Both the position numbers and the translations under genes were made by a program. The notes below the pieces were generated by a model that saw only the letters and a program-made list of their open reading frames with translations, was not told where the DNA came from and searched no databases. Below are positions 1-8,643 of a DNA stretch of 64,000 bases, one piece after another. The first letter of the stretch is position 1, and each line of letters begins with the position of its first letter. The DNA is from a bacterium (GTDB taxonomy: Bacteria > Zhuqueibacterota > Zhuqueibacteria > Residuimicrobiales > Krinioviventaceae): assembly GCA_963674595.2 (NCBI GenBank), contig CAXXFV010000007.1, forward strand, positions 32,001 through 96,000. Direction: 5' to 3'.

Positions 1-104
1 AGTGTATTAAAGACCCGGAACATGAAGATGTTAAAGCCATCAATATCGATAAAGGCCGGTGGGTAAGCTTTGGTTATGTTATCTGTAAAAAGCCCGGTAA
101 ATAA
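1..104 (+). CDS. 3' end of a CDS entering from the left (possibly a methyltransferase C-terminus)
   Basis: Open frame CIKDPEHEDVKAINIDKGRWVSFGYVICKKPGK* ending at TAA 102-104, followed by a hairpin. Confidence 0.5.
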   Translation, partial: CIKDPEHEDVKAINIDKGRWVSFGYVICKKPGK

Positions 105-155
105 CGCCCTGTCGAAATATTATTGTTCAGAATAAATTTTCTGGTTTTAAATAAT

Positions 156-184
156 GCCCTCAAAGATTTTCAGTCTTTGGGGGC
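156..184 (+). terminator. Hairpin, probable terminator
   Basis: gccctcaaaga...tctttgggggc inverted repeat downstream of the partial CDS. Confidence 0.45.
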
Positions 185-280
185 TGTATTCTTTATTGCC
201 CGGACTTTTCCAAATGAGATGGCTGATAAAGTATCAAAATAGTGTTGTAACTTTTAAATCTTCAATCAGCAGAGGGGAAA

Positions 281-865
281 ATGAATCGTACTAACAGACG
301 TTCAATCCGGTTAAAGGATTATGATTATTCTCAGGCCGGTTATTATTTTGTGACGATTTGCACGCAAAAGCATGTCTGTTTGTTTGGTGACGTGTTAGAT
401 GGGCAAATGGTTTTAAATGAGGTTGGTCAATATGTACAAGGTTGTTGGCAGGAAATACCGAACCATTTCCCGCATGTCAAGTTGGATAATTATTGTATTA
501 TGCCAAATCATATTCATGGAATTATTATCATTGTTGGACCGGTCGATGATAATGAAATACATGTAGGGGCGAAAAATTTTTCGCCCCTACGCCGTTCAAT
601 ACCTGAGTGCACATCAAAATCCTTTTCGCGCCAACATTCAATGCCTCTAGGACCATCCAAAACCATTGGTTCAATAGTTCGGGGTTTTAAAATCGGTGTT
701 ACAAAATGGATGCGGCAACACCACCCGGGGCAAATATTATGGCAGCGAAATTATTACGAACATATTATTCGCGACGAACGCGATTATAACAGGATTTGTA
801 AATATATTGAAACCATTCCGTTAAAATGCGAACAGGATTCCTTAAATCCTGTGTTCGGAGAATAA
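281..865 (+). mobile_element. REP-associated tyrosine transposase (RAYT, Y1/HUH family)
   Basis: RRSIRLKDYDYSQAGYYFVTICT N-terminus, HUH motif MPNHIHGII, WQRNYYEHIIR and KYI catalytic Tyr region. Confidence 0.9.
563..590. repeat. Perfect 28-bp GTAG-initiated REP-like palindrome inside the RAYT gene
   Basis: gtaggggcgaaaaa|tttttcgcccctac is its own reverse complement and is read in frame as VGAKNFSPL. Confidence 0.85.
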
Positions 866-1123
866 ATTGTAAACAAGAATATTTGATTATTTTATTCGAA
901 TCGGCCTGCTATTCAGGAAATTAAGTTTCCATTCCAACAGATCAACTAAATTTTATTTTCTGCTTGTTTGTTGATAAAATATAGATAAATTATCAAGATT
1001 GAATAAATCACCTGGAAACTGCGAATCAAATCAATATTATAAAAGTGCATTAAAAAAAAATCACTTTAATAATACTGAGCATAAATTAACAGAATGATGA
1101 ATATTTAAACGGAATGACCTGAA

Positions 1124-2878
1124 ATGAAATACCTTGCCCTGCTGATAACCTTATACCTGCCTGTTTTTTCTTACGGCCAATCCACGGACTGGCGTTTAAT
1201 CTCCAACGGACAAAAGATATATGAACACGGCTATTGCGACCAACCCTATATCGTAACCACAAGCGACGGCGCCTGGGTTTGCGCCTTTACAACAGCCCCC
1301 GGACATGAAGGCAGCAAAGTCCAGTATATTGTTTCTACCTGCTCTTTTGATAAGGGCAAAACATGGTCCGAACCTGTCGAAATTGAAACGGCGTCTGCCG
1401 GGATTGAAGCATCCTGGGCCATTCCGTTGGTAACGACCTTTGATCGGATTTATGTGTTCTATACCTTTAACGGCGATACCATCCGCCATCTACCGGACGG
1501 AACAGAGATGCGCGCGGACACACACGGGTGGTATTGCTATCGCTATTCCGACGATAAAGGGAAAACCTGGTCTGAACGCTTTCGGCTAAATATGCGCAAA
1601 ACAGCCTGTGACCGGCAAAACGACTTTTCCGGGGACGTACAAATGTTTTGGGGAATCGGCAAGCCTGTTGTTAAAGAAAATGATGTGTGGTTTTCGTTTA
1701 CAAAGCTGGGAAAATATTTTCTTGAGGGGGGTGAAGGCTGGCTCTATTATTCCGATAATATTCTGACTGAAAAGGATGTATCGAACATACACTGGCAATT
1801 GCTTCCGGAAGGCGATCATGGAATCAGGAATCCTGAATTTGGCTCTGTGCAGGAAGAATTCAATGTTCAGCCCATGAATAAAAAGGACGGGTTGTATTGT
1901 GTTTACCGCACCACCCTGGGACAACCGGCTTGTTCCTATAGCTATGATAAGGGGAAAACATGGTCCGGGCCTGAGTTGATGGATTATGCAACCGGATTAC
2001 CTTTGCGTAATCCCCGCGCATGTCCGAGGCTGTGGAAATGTGAAAACGGCAAGTACCTTTTATGGTATCATAACAATGGCGGACAGGATTTTCAACACCG
2101 AAATCCGGCCTGGGTTGCGGGCGGGGTAGAAAAAAACGGTAAAATATATTGGTCGCAGCCGGAAATAATCATCTATGGTCATGACCATTCTTATAAAACA
2201 GGACGATTCAGTTATCCGGATTTGGTGCAGGAGGGCGGCCGATATTGGGTTTCAACCACCCAAAAAACGACCGCGACCATCCATGAAATTCCTGCCGGAT
2301 TTTTTAAAATGATATGGCGACAGTTTGATGAGCCCGCCGTTGTTTCGGACGGGCTTGTTGACAGTTTTGATGATATTGGTGAGAATAAAAAACTAAACTT
2401 TTCTCAACCGTTAACCATGAAAAACGGCGGTTTTGCATTTGATTTGTGGATTAAAATTGACGAGTTTGACGATGCCGTCATTTTAAAGGGAAATGATGAC
2501 AAGAACAAAAATATAAAACTAGCTCTGACAAAAGATGCCAACCTGGAGTTTATCATAACCGATGGTGTTGATACCATAAAATTGAAATCCGACGCAAACC
2601 GGCTCGAAAAAGGAAAAAATCATCATGTCGCTATATTGGTCGATGCTGATGCTGAAATTTGTTATATGCTTATTGATGGAAGCATTTGTGACGGGGGTGG
2701 TCAGGAGATTTTTGGGTTCCGCCGGTTTGGTGATTCGTTGACGGGATTACAGGTCCGTAGCGTGTCCCTCAAGAAATTTTCCGGTAAAATTGATAAGCTA
2801 CGATTGTATGGTCAACGTATGTATACAAGTCAGTTTGTAAATAATTATAATTTTGAAAAACGGGAAATGACGCGATAA
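1124..2878 (+). CDS. Secreted BNR/Asp-box (sialidase-like) beta-propeller protein with C-terminal LamG-like domain
   Basis: Signal peptide; three SxDxGxTWS Asp-boxes (SFDKGKTWS, SDDKGKTWS, SYDKGKTWS); LamG-like HHVAILVD...GKIDKLRLY tail. Confidence 0.8.
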   Translation: MKYLALLITLYLPVFSYGQSTDWRLISNGQKIYEHGYCDQPYIVTTSDGAWVCAFTTAPGHEGSKVQYIVSTCSFDKGKTWSEPVEIETASAGIEASWAIPLVTTFDRIYVFYTFNGDTIRHLPDGTEMRADTHGWYCYRYSDDKGKTWSERFRLNMRKTACDRQNDFSGDVQMFWGIGKPVVKENDVWFSFTKLGKYFLEGGEGWLYYSDNILTEKDVSNIHWQLLPEGDHGIRNPEFGSVQEEFNVQPMNKKDGLYCVYRTTLGQPACSYSYDKGKTWSGPELMDYATGLPLRNPRACPRLWKCENGKYLLWYHNNGGQDFQHRNPAWVAGGVEKNGKIYWSQPEIIIYGHDHSYKTGRFSYPDLVQEGGRYWVSTTQKTTATIHEIPAGFFKMIWRQFDEPAVVSDGLVDSFDDIGENKKLNFSQPLTMKNGGFAFDLWIKIDEFDDAVILKGNDDKNKNIKLALTKDANLEFIITDGVDTIKLKSDANRLEKGKNHHVAILVDADAEICYMLIDGSICDGGGQEIFGFRRFGDSLTGLQVRSVSLKKFSGKIDKLRLYGQRMYTSQFVNNYNFEKREMTR

Positions 2879-2969
2879 ATTATAACTGATAAATATAATG
2901 TTATTTTGAAACGTTATCATGTCTTTTGCAGCTTTAGTCAGATGATAATGTGTTGTTCTGATAAACAAA

Positions 2970-3073
2970 ACCCCGAAGGGGTGAAATTATTGTAGGATAA
3001 AAAAATAATCCCGAAGGGATGACATTATTATAGAATGAAGCAAGAATAAAAAGTAAAACCCCGAAGGGGTGAA
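2970..3073. repeat. Three REP-like hairpin repeats upstream of tnpA
   Basis: accccgaaggggtgaaattattgtag (2970), atcccgaagggatgacattattatag (3008), accccgaaggggtgaa (3058). Confidence 0.85.
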
Positions 3074-3084
3074 AGAGAACTGTG

Positions 3085-3546
3085 ATGCCCGGAACGTTTT
3101 CACAATTATACATCCAAATTGTATTTGCCGTTAAAGGCCGAGAAAATCTCATCTCTGAATCATGGCAAAACGAGTTGCATCAGTATCTGGCCGGAATTGT
3201 TAAAGGCATAGGTCATAAACCGATCATCGTAAATGGAATTCCGGACCATATCCACGCGTTTGTCGGATTGAAACCATCTATGGCTATTTCTGATTTGGTA
3301 CGAGACATGAAAAACAATTCTACTAATTTTATCAATAAGCGGGAATTTGTTCAGGGAAGGTTTTGCTGGCAGGAAGGGTATGGGGCTTTTTCCTATTCGC
3401 ATTCACATATAGAGAATGTGTATAATTATATAAAGAACCAACAGGAACATCATCGGAAGAAATCATTCCGGGAAGAGTATCTAGAGTTTTTATAAAAGTT
3501 TGAAATTGATTACGATGAAAAACATTTGTTTGATTGGTTGGATTAG
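3085..3546 (+). pseudogene. tnpA: IS200/IS605-family (Y1 HUH) transposase with an in-frame nonsense codon
   Basis: QLYIQIVFAVKGR, DHIH HUH motif, WQEGYGAFS, YIKNQQEHH; TAA at 3493-3495 is followed in frame by KFEIDYDEKHLFDWLD* ending 3546. Confidence 0.85.
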
Positions 3547-3552
3547 AATATA

Positions 3553-3617
3553 TCACCCCTTTGGGGTTTGAGAATCAAGGGATAAGGCTTTTATAATAAT
3601 GCCATCCCTTCGGGATT
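3553..3617. repeat. Two inverted REP-like hairpin repeats downstream of tnpA
   Basis: tcacccctttggggtt (3553) and ttataataatgccatcccttcgggatt (3591) are reverse complements of the upstream repeat type. Confidence 0.85.
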
Positions 3618-3741
3618 TAAGGATTATTTGTTTACGTTTTATTTTTTTCGTACTATTGAGTAAGATAGAATTGAAATACCAAGCCGACTATAAACTTTTT
3701 AAAAATGACAGAATTGTTTAATAATTAAGTTTGGATAAAAC

Positions 3742-4830
3742 ATGTTATTACTATTATTCTATTTATTTTTGGCCCTGTTTGTGTCATTTCTCTGTTCCAT
3801 TATGGAAGCAGTGCTTCTTTCAACTCCGCAGTCTTTTTTAATGGTAAAGCAAGATAGTGGAAATGTTTGGGCCAAAACATTTATCGATTTAAAAGCTAAT
3901 ATTGACAAACCGTTGTCAGCCATTTTATCATTAAATACAGTCGCGCATACAGTTGGTGCAGCCGGTGTTGGAGCTCAGGCAGTTAAGCTATTCGGTGAAG
4001 CATCATTTGGAATTGTGTCCGCTATATTGACTATTTTAATTTTGGTCATCACTGAAATTATACCAAAAACGATCGGTGCCAAATTTTGGAAAAATTTGGC
4101 AATGATTTCATCTTTAACGATAAAAGGAATGACAATTATCACCTATCCATTGGTTATTATGTCGGCAAGCATTACGAAACTGATTGCAAAAGATATACAA
4201 GAGCAGACTACCAGCCGAGAGGAAATTGCCGCATTGGCACATATTGGAGCAGATGAAGGTGTTTTTTCAAATAAAGAACATAAAATCATTCAAAATGTAC
4301 TAAAACTCAAAAATGTCAAGGTAGCAGAAATTATGACACCGAGAGTGGTTGTTGCTGTTGCTGATGAAAACCAGTTCTTGATGGATTTTTTAAAAAATAA
4401 GGATTATTTAAAGTTTTCACGTATCCCGATATTTTCAGAGAATGAAGAAAATATAAGCGGATATGTTTTTAGACAGACTATTCTTGAAAAACTGGCAGAA
4501 GACCAGCATAAATTAAAATTAAAAGATTTTAAACGGGACATTGTCGTCGTACCGGATTCTATCGAATTATTTACGTTGTGGGAAAAGCTGTTAGAGGAAA
4601 AAGAGCACATTGCCATAATTGTCGATGAACATGGTGGTATGGATGGAATTGTAACGATGGAAGATATCATCGAAACGTTGCTTGGACTTGAAATTACTGA
4701 TGAAACTGATACTGTAACTGACATGCAAAAATTTGCACGGGACAGGTGGAAGGCGAGACAAATTAAATATAATATGCTTGATGATTTTAATAATGATGAC
4801 CATGCAAAATTACCGCCTGAGAAGGTGTGA
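3742..4830 (+). CDS. CNNM/DUF21 + CBS domain membrane protein (CorB/HlyC-like)
   Basis: SFLCSIMEAVLLS, LSAILSLNTVAHTVGA, EIIPKTIG, CBS pair with FSRIPI and VDEHGGMDGIVTMEDIIE. Confidence 0.9.
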   Translation: MLLLLFYLFLALFVSFLCSIMEAVLLSTPQSFLMVKQDSGNVWAKTFIDLKANIDKPLSAILSLNTVAHTVGAAGVGAQAVKLFGEASFGIVSAILTILILVITEIIPKTIGAKFWKNLAMISSLTIKGMTIITYPLVIMSASITKLIAKDIQEQTTSREEIAALAHIGADEGVFSNKEHKIIQNVLKLKNVKVAEIMTPRVVVAVADENQFLMDFLKNKDYLKFSRIPIFSENEENISGYVFRQTILEKLAEDQHKLKLKDFKRDIVVVPDSIELFTLWEKLLEEKEHIAIIVDEHGGMDGIVTMEDIIETLLGLEITDETDTVTDMQKFARDRWKARQIKYNMLDDFNNDDHAKLPPEKV

Positions 4831-4910
4831 ATTCGTATATTAAAAATAATTTTAATGGTTGTTTAGATTTTTATATTACAACTAAAATAATCAACATGTA
4901 GGAAAATCCT

Positions 4911-5201
4911 ATGAGCTATTATTTTATTGCCCGGATAAAAATTCATGATGATGCAGAGTATCAAAAATACCTGGATCAGGCAGATGATATTTTTAAAAAG
5001 TACAATGGAGAGTATTTAGCTGTTGATGATAACTGTTTGGTTCTGGAAGGTAACCGGGACGATTCCCGTATGGTTATCATCCGTTTTGCAACGCAGAATG
5101 ATTTTAACGCGTGGTATAATTCGCCGGAATATCAACACATCCTCAAACATCGGTTAAAAGCGGCGCATTGTGATACGATTTTAGTGAAAGGAATAAACTG
5201 A
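4911..5201 (+). CDS. DUF1330 family protein
   Basis: YNGEYLA...VLEG...VIIRF...AWYNSPEYQ...HR pattern. Confidence 0.85.
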   Translation: MSYYFIARIKIHDDAEYQKYLDQADDIFKKYNGEYLAVDDNCLVLEGNRDDSRMVIIRFATQNDFNAWYNSPEYQHILKHRLKAAHCDTILVKGIN

Positions 5202-5223
5202 CACACAGAAAGGGAATTTTAAA

Positions 5224-5643
5224 ATGGAAGACATTATTCATATATCAACTGAAAAGTCCTTGTTGGATGTTCACGTTATACATGACTATTTATCCAACCG
5301 ATCCTATTGGGCGAAAGGGCGGAGTATAGAGACTGTAAAAAAATCTATAGAAAATTCGTTTTGCTTTGGCGTTTATACAGGTAACCAACAAATTGGTTTT
5401 GCGCGGGTTGTTACTGATTTTGCTGTTTATGCCTATATTCTGGACGTGTTTATTCTGGAAAGCCATAGAGGCAAAGGATTGGGCAAAAAGCTCATGCAGG
5501 AAATTATGAACCATGAACAGTTGCAAAATCTTCAACGATGGGGCCTTGCCACAAATGATGCTCATGGATTGTATGAAAAATACGGCTTTAAAACCCTGGC
5601 CCATTCTGAGAAACACATGGAGGTTGTAAATAAACCACGCTAA
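5224..5643 (+). CDS. GNAT family N-acetyltransferase
   Basis: SYWAKGRS, QIGFARVVTD, DVFILESHRGKGLGK, DAHGLYEKYGF. Confidence 0.9.
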   Translation: MEDIIHISTEKSLLDVHVIHDYLSNRSYWAKGRSIETVKKSIENSFCFGVYTGNQQIGFARVVTDFAVYAYILDVFILESHRGKGLGKKLMQEIMNHEQLQNLQRWGLATNDAHGLYEKYGFKTLAHSEKHMEVVNKPR

Positions 5644-5694
5644 AACGGTGGTTATATTGTTGGATTATTATCATAAATCAGTTGGAATGCATTG

Positions 5695-6041
5695 ATGGAT
5701 TTTATTATTCGACAAGCACAGTGTTCGGATTTGGAAGAAATTTTTCCTCTGCTTGTTCAACTTTGGCCGGACATGGATTTGGATTTTGTTCTTTAACCAT
5801 AAAAAATAGTTTGTGGCAGTCCGGGCGATTGGGACATGTTGATGAATTGGTCGTTGATAAACAGCATCGGGGAAAAGGGTTGGGTAAAAAATTGTTGGAT
5901 GAAATTGTAAAAATTGCCCTGGAAAATAACTGTAAACGGATTGAGCTTGATTCCGCCTTTCACAGAAAGCAGGCGGATGAATTTTACAAATCATACGGCT
6001 TTGAAAACAGGGCATTTTTGTTTTCGAAAGTTTTAAAATAA
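5695..6041 (+). pseudogene. GNAT acetyltransferase with internal deletion and frameshift
   Basis: A GNAT N-terminus MDFIIRQAQCSDLEEIFPLLVQLWPD starts at ATG 5695 and stops at 5796; the C-terminal half GFCSLT...VDKQHRGKGLGK...FYKSYGF is in another frame from 5781. Confidence 0.7.
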
Positions 6042-6213
6042 ACTGATAAAAACAAGGGCTTTTATTTTTTTTAATCAGATTCTCATTTATTCCATGATTG
6101 AATTTTTTATTGCTTCTGGTGGAAATATAATTATATTAAACTAAAGAAATACTGTTGGGAACCGGGAAAAGTACAAGGGTGAAAAGATATTTTTAAATTT
6201 AATGGAGGCATAA

Positions 6214-6429
6214 ATGATTTGTCCTAAATGCGGTCATGAAAATCCGGATGACGCGGGGCAGTGTTTGAATTGTTGTTATAAATTCAGGTTCGGCTATGCT
6301 TACAAAGACCCCCAGAACATGATGTTTTTTGCATCGACTGGTTCTAAAAAGAACAAATTTTCCAGATATTTATTTGTTGCTCTTTTTCTATTAATATTCG
6401 TTTTAATCATTTTGTCATCTCTCAGATAA
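6214..6429 (+). CDS. Zinc-ribbon protein with C-terminal transmembrane helix
   Basis: CPKCGHEN...CLNC, hydrophobic C-terminus, GGAGG RBS. Confidence 0.75.
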   Translation: MICPKCGHENPDDAGQCLNCCYKFRFGYAYKDPQNMMFFASTGSKKNKFSRYLFVALFLLIFVLIILSSLR

Positions 6430-6456
6430 TTTTAAGCCGGTTTCAGCAGGGTGTCA

Positions 6457-6567
6457 AGTTTTGGGAAAGGTATTCCTTTGTTTGCGAATGTGTCCAAAGA
6501 GACAAGATTTAAAAAGTTAGAAACGTTTGAACCAGGTGTTGCTGCTCTGGTTTATCAAGGGAAATAG
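6457..6567 (+). pseudogene. C-terminal remnant resembling dihydrofolate reductase/RibD-C family
   Basis: Start-less frame SFGKGIPLF...LETFEPGVAALVYQGK* resembles the G.GipLF...f..Gvv.l.Y end of that family. Confidence 0.4.
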
Positions 6568-6569
6568 AA

Positions 6570-7106
6570 TTGATATTGAATAAAGATAATGATTGTGAAA
6601 ATAGCTATTATTCCCAGTGGTTGGGCAAGGATTTATTAGAGAATAATTTCGATTGGAGTTCTGGTTCAGAAATAACAATGTTTGAGTTTTTAAAAAAGTA
6701 TACGTTGCATGATTCAATTTTGATAAATCTAAATGTTTATCCAGATCAAACAGGAATTGTCGCTATACAGTTTGATTCTTATTGGACAAACGGAAGAATT
6801 CCTTTTCCCGGCTCTCATGTTCGGAGATGGCCTATATTATTATTTTATTTTAATTCGTTATATTATATTTCCTGTTCTCATTCGTTATATGGAGATTCTA
6901 TTTCAAACGCAGAATGTAAGATTATATCAGAAGAGAATCAGAGTGAATTAATGGATAAAGAATTAGGAGTAAAGGGTGAGAGAGAGAAATGTTTGTCTAA
7001 AATATTAAATAGCAATGGTGGCTATATTGAAATAGTACATGATGTTTATGTCAAGATTTTATGTTTTGATTCTAAAAAGGATATTCTAAAATTTCCAGAT
7101 ATATAA
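6570..7106 (+). CDS. Hypothetical protein (AT-rich)
   Basis: 178-aa ORF with TTG start and a TLHDS motif; no family recognised. Confidence 0.55.
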   Translation: MILNKDNDCENSYYSQWLGKDLLENNFDWSSGSEITMFEFLKKYTLHDSILINLNVYPDQTGIVAIQFDSYWTNGRIPFPGSHVRRWPILLFYFNSLYYISCSHSLYGDSISNAECKIISEENQSELMDKELGVKGEREKCLSKILNSNGGYIEIVHDVYVKILCFDSKKDILKFPDI

Positions 7107-7145
7107 TTATAGAATGGTATACAATAATTTATTTGAAAGTAATAC

Positions 7146-7862
7146 ATGAGCGAAAAATATACCCGGACCTTTGCCTACCATTATTCGGCCTTTCGGCCGC
7201 CTCTGCATAAAATGATACTGGAACGTGTTCTGGATAATCATAAAGAATTTGAAAATGGTTTGGATGTCGGATGCGGCACCGGTTATTCGGCTGTTGCCCT
7301 GGCAGAATATTGCCGTCATGTCTATGGTATAGATCCGAGTGAAGAAATGTTGAAACAAGCAGCACCGCATCAAAAAATTACCTATGCTCATGGTTCCGGT
7401 GATTCTCTACCTGTACCGGACAATTCGGTGAGTATCGTTACCTTTGCCGGTTCCTTGTTTTATGCAAAATCTCAGGGACTTGTTCGGGAATTACAACGAG
7501 TGTGTAAAAAACAGGCGGTAATTGTTCCCTATGATTTTGAAATTTTACTAGATGATATTTTACAGAAATGTGGTATTTATCTAAAAAAGACAATATCTGA
7601 ATATGACCATAAAGTAAATTTTACGGGAAACCCAAATTTTTCCGAAATTTTGGCAGGCAATGAACAAATAAGCCTTGATGTAACCGCGACTGAGCTGGCA
7701 CATGTAATATTAGCTGATTCGAATTATTTTAAAGTTGTTTCAGAGAAATATAATGTATCTGATCCCTTTTCTGACCTTGTCCGTGAATTGGAAATATTAA
7801 ATACGCACCATAGTTTATCGGCAAATATTTATTTTTCAAAATATATTTTAAAAGCAAATTAA
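7146..7862 (+). CDS. Class I SAM-dependent methyltransferase
   Basis: LDVGCGTG motif I, GIDPSEEML. Confidence 0.9.
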   Translation: MSEKYTRTFAYHYSAFRPPLHKMILERVLDNHKEFENGLDVGCGTGYSAVALAEYCRHVYGIDPSEEMLKQAAPHQKITYAHGSGDSLPVPDNSVSIVTFAGSLFYAKSQGLVRELQRVCKKQAVIVPYDFEILLDDILQKCGIYLKKTISEYDHKVNFTGNPNFSEILAGNEQISLDVTATELAHVILADSNYFKVVSEKYNVSDPFSDLVRELEILNTHHSLSANIYFSKYILKAN

Positions 7863-8005
7863 CGTGTTTTAATTTTCGATAATTTAAATTTATTCTTCAA
7901 TTAAAGTGTTTTAATTAAAGTAGGCTCTGTTTAAAATGGTGGAATTAAACGGCTTGATCTTTTCACTCCGAAATGTGGTCAAAAATAGCTAAAGGAGAAA
8001 ATATT

Positions 8006-8551
8006 ATGGATTGTCCAAAATGTAAAATCGAACTGCACGAAAAAACTATTCAAGGTATCAAGGTTGAAGAATGCTGTAAATGTGAAGGAATCTGGTTTGA
8101 TAAAGATGAACTGCGACAGGTAAAAGATAAAACCGATGCCGATCTTAATTGGGTGGATTTTGAAATTTGGAAACACCCTGAAAATTTTAAAGCCGGTACC
8201 CATAAATATCAATGCTCTCAATGCGGAAATACAATGAGTGTACTTGATTATGCCGATACCCATGTTGAAATAGACTATTGCACCAACTGTCAGTCTATCT
8301 GGCTGGATAAAAATGAACTGGAAAAAATTGTTAGTGTCCTGGAAGATGATCTGCTTACAAAATCTATGGGTGACTATGTAAAGGCCGCTTTGGAAGAGGC
8401 CAAAGAGCTTTTTCAGGGATCAGAGTCCTTTTTTTCCGAATGGAAAGATTTTACAACGATTCTCAGGTTTTTACAGTATAGAATTTTAGCCAATCATCCT
8501 TCGTTGATGAACACAATAACAGAAATTCAGAAAAATCCATTAAATCGATAG
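8006..8551 (+). CDS. Tandem zf-TFIIB-like zinc-finger protein
   Basis: CPKC...CCKCEGIWFDKDEL and CSQC...CTNCQSIWLDKNEL; AGGAG RBS before ATG 8006. Confidence 0.85.
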   Translation: MDCPKCKIELHEKTIQGIKVEECCKCEGIWFDKDELRQVKDKTDADLNWVDFEIWKHPENFKAGTHKYQCSQCGNTMSVLDYADTHVEIDYCTNCQSIWLDKNELEKIVSVLEDDLLTKSMGDYVKAALEEAKELFQGSESFFSEWKDFTTILRFLQYRILANHPSLMNTITEIQKNPLNR

Positions 8552-8643
8552 GTTATCGTTCGTTAAATTGAATGGTACTTTTTAGAACGTCAGTTAGTGT
8601 TGCTTTGCCTGGTTTGAAAATTTTAAGTCGAGAGATAATATTT

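Noticed and set aside
2970-3073. Three spaced hairpin repeats as a mini-CRISPR array
   Set aside because: Repeats are unequal and irregularly spaced, recur inverted on the other side of tnpA, and no cas genes are present
3493-3495. Stop-codon readthrough or recoding in tnpA
   Set aside because: The codon is TAA, used as a normal stop throughout the window; a point mutation or base error is simpler
5682-5780. ORF-track N-terminus MECIDGFYYSTS of the second GNAT
   Set aside because: Out-of-frame reading of the true N-terminus that starts at 5695
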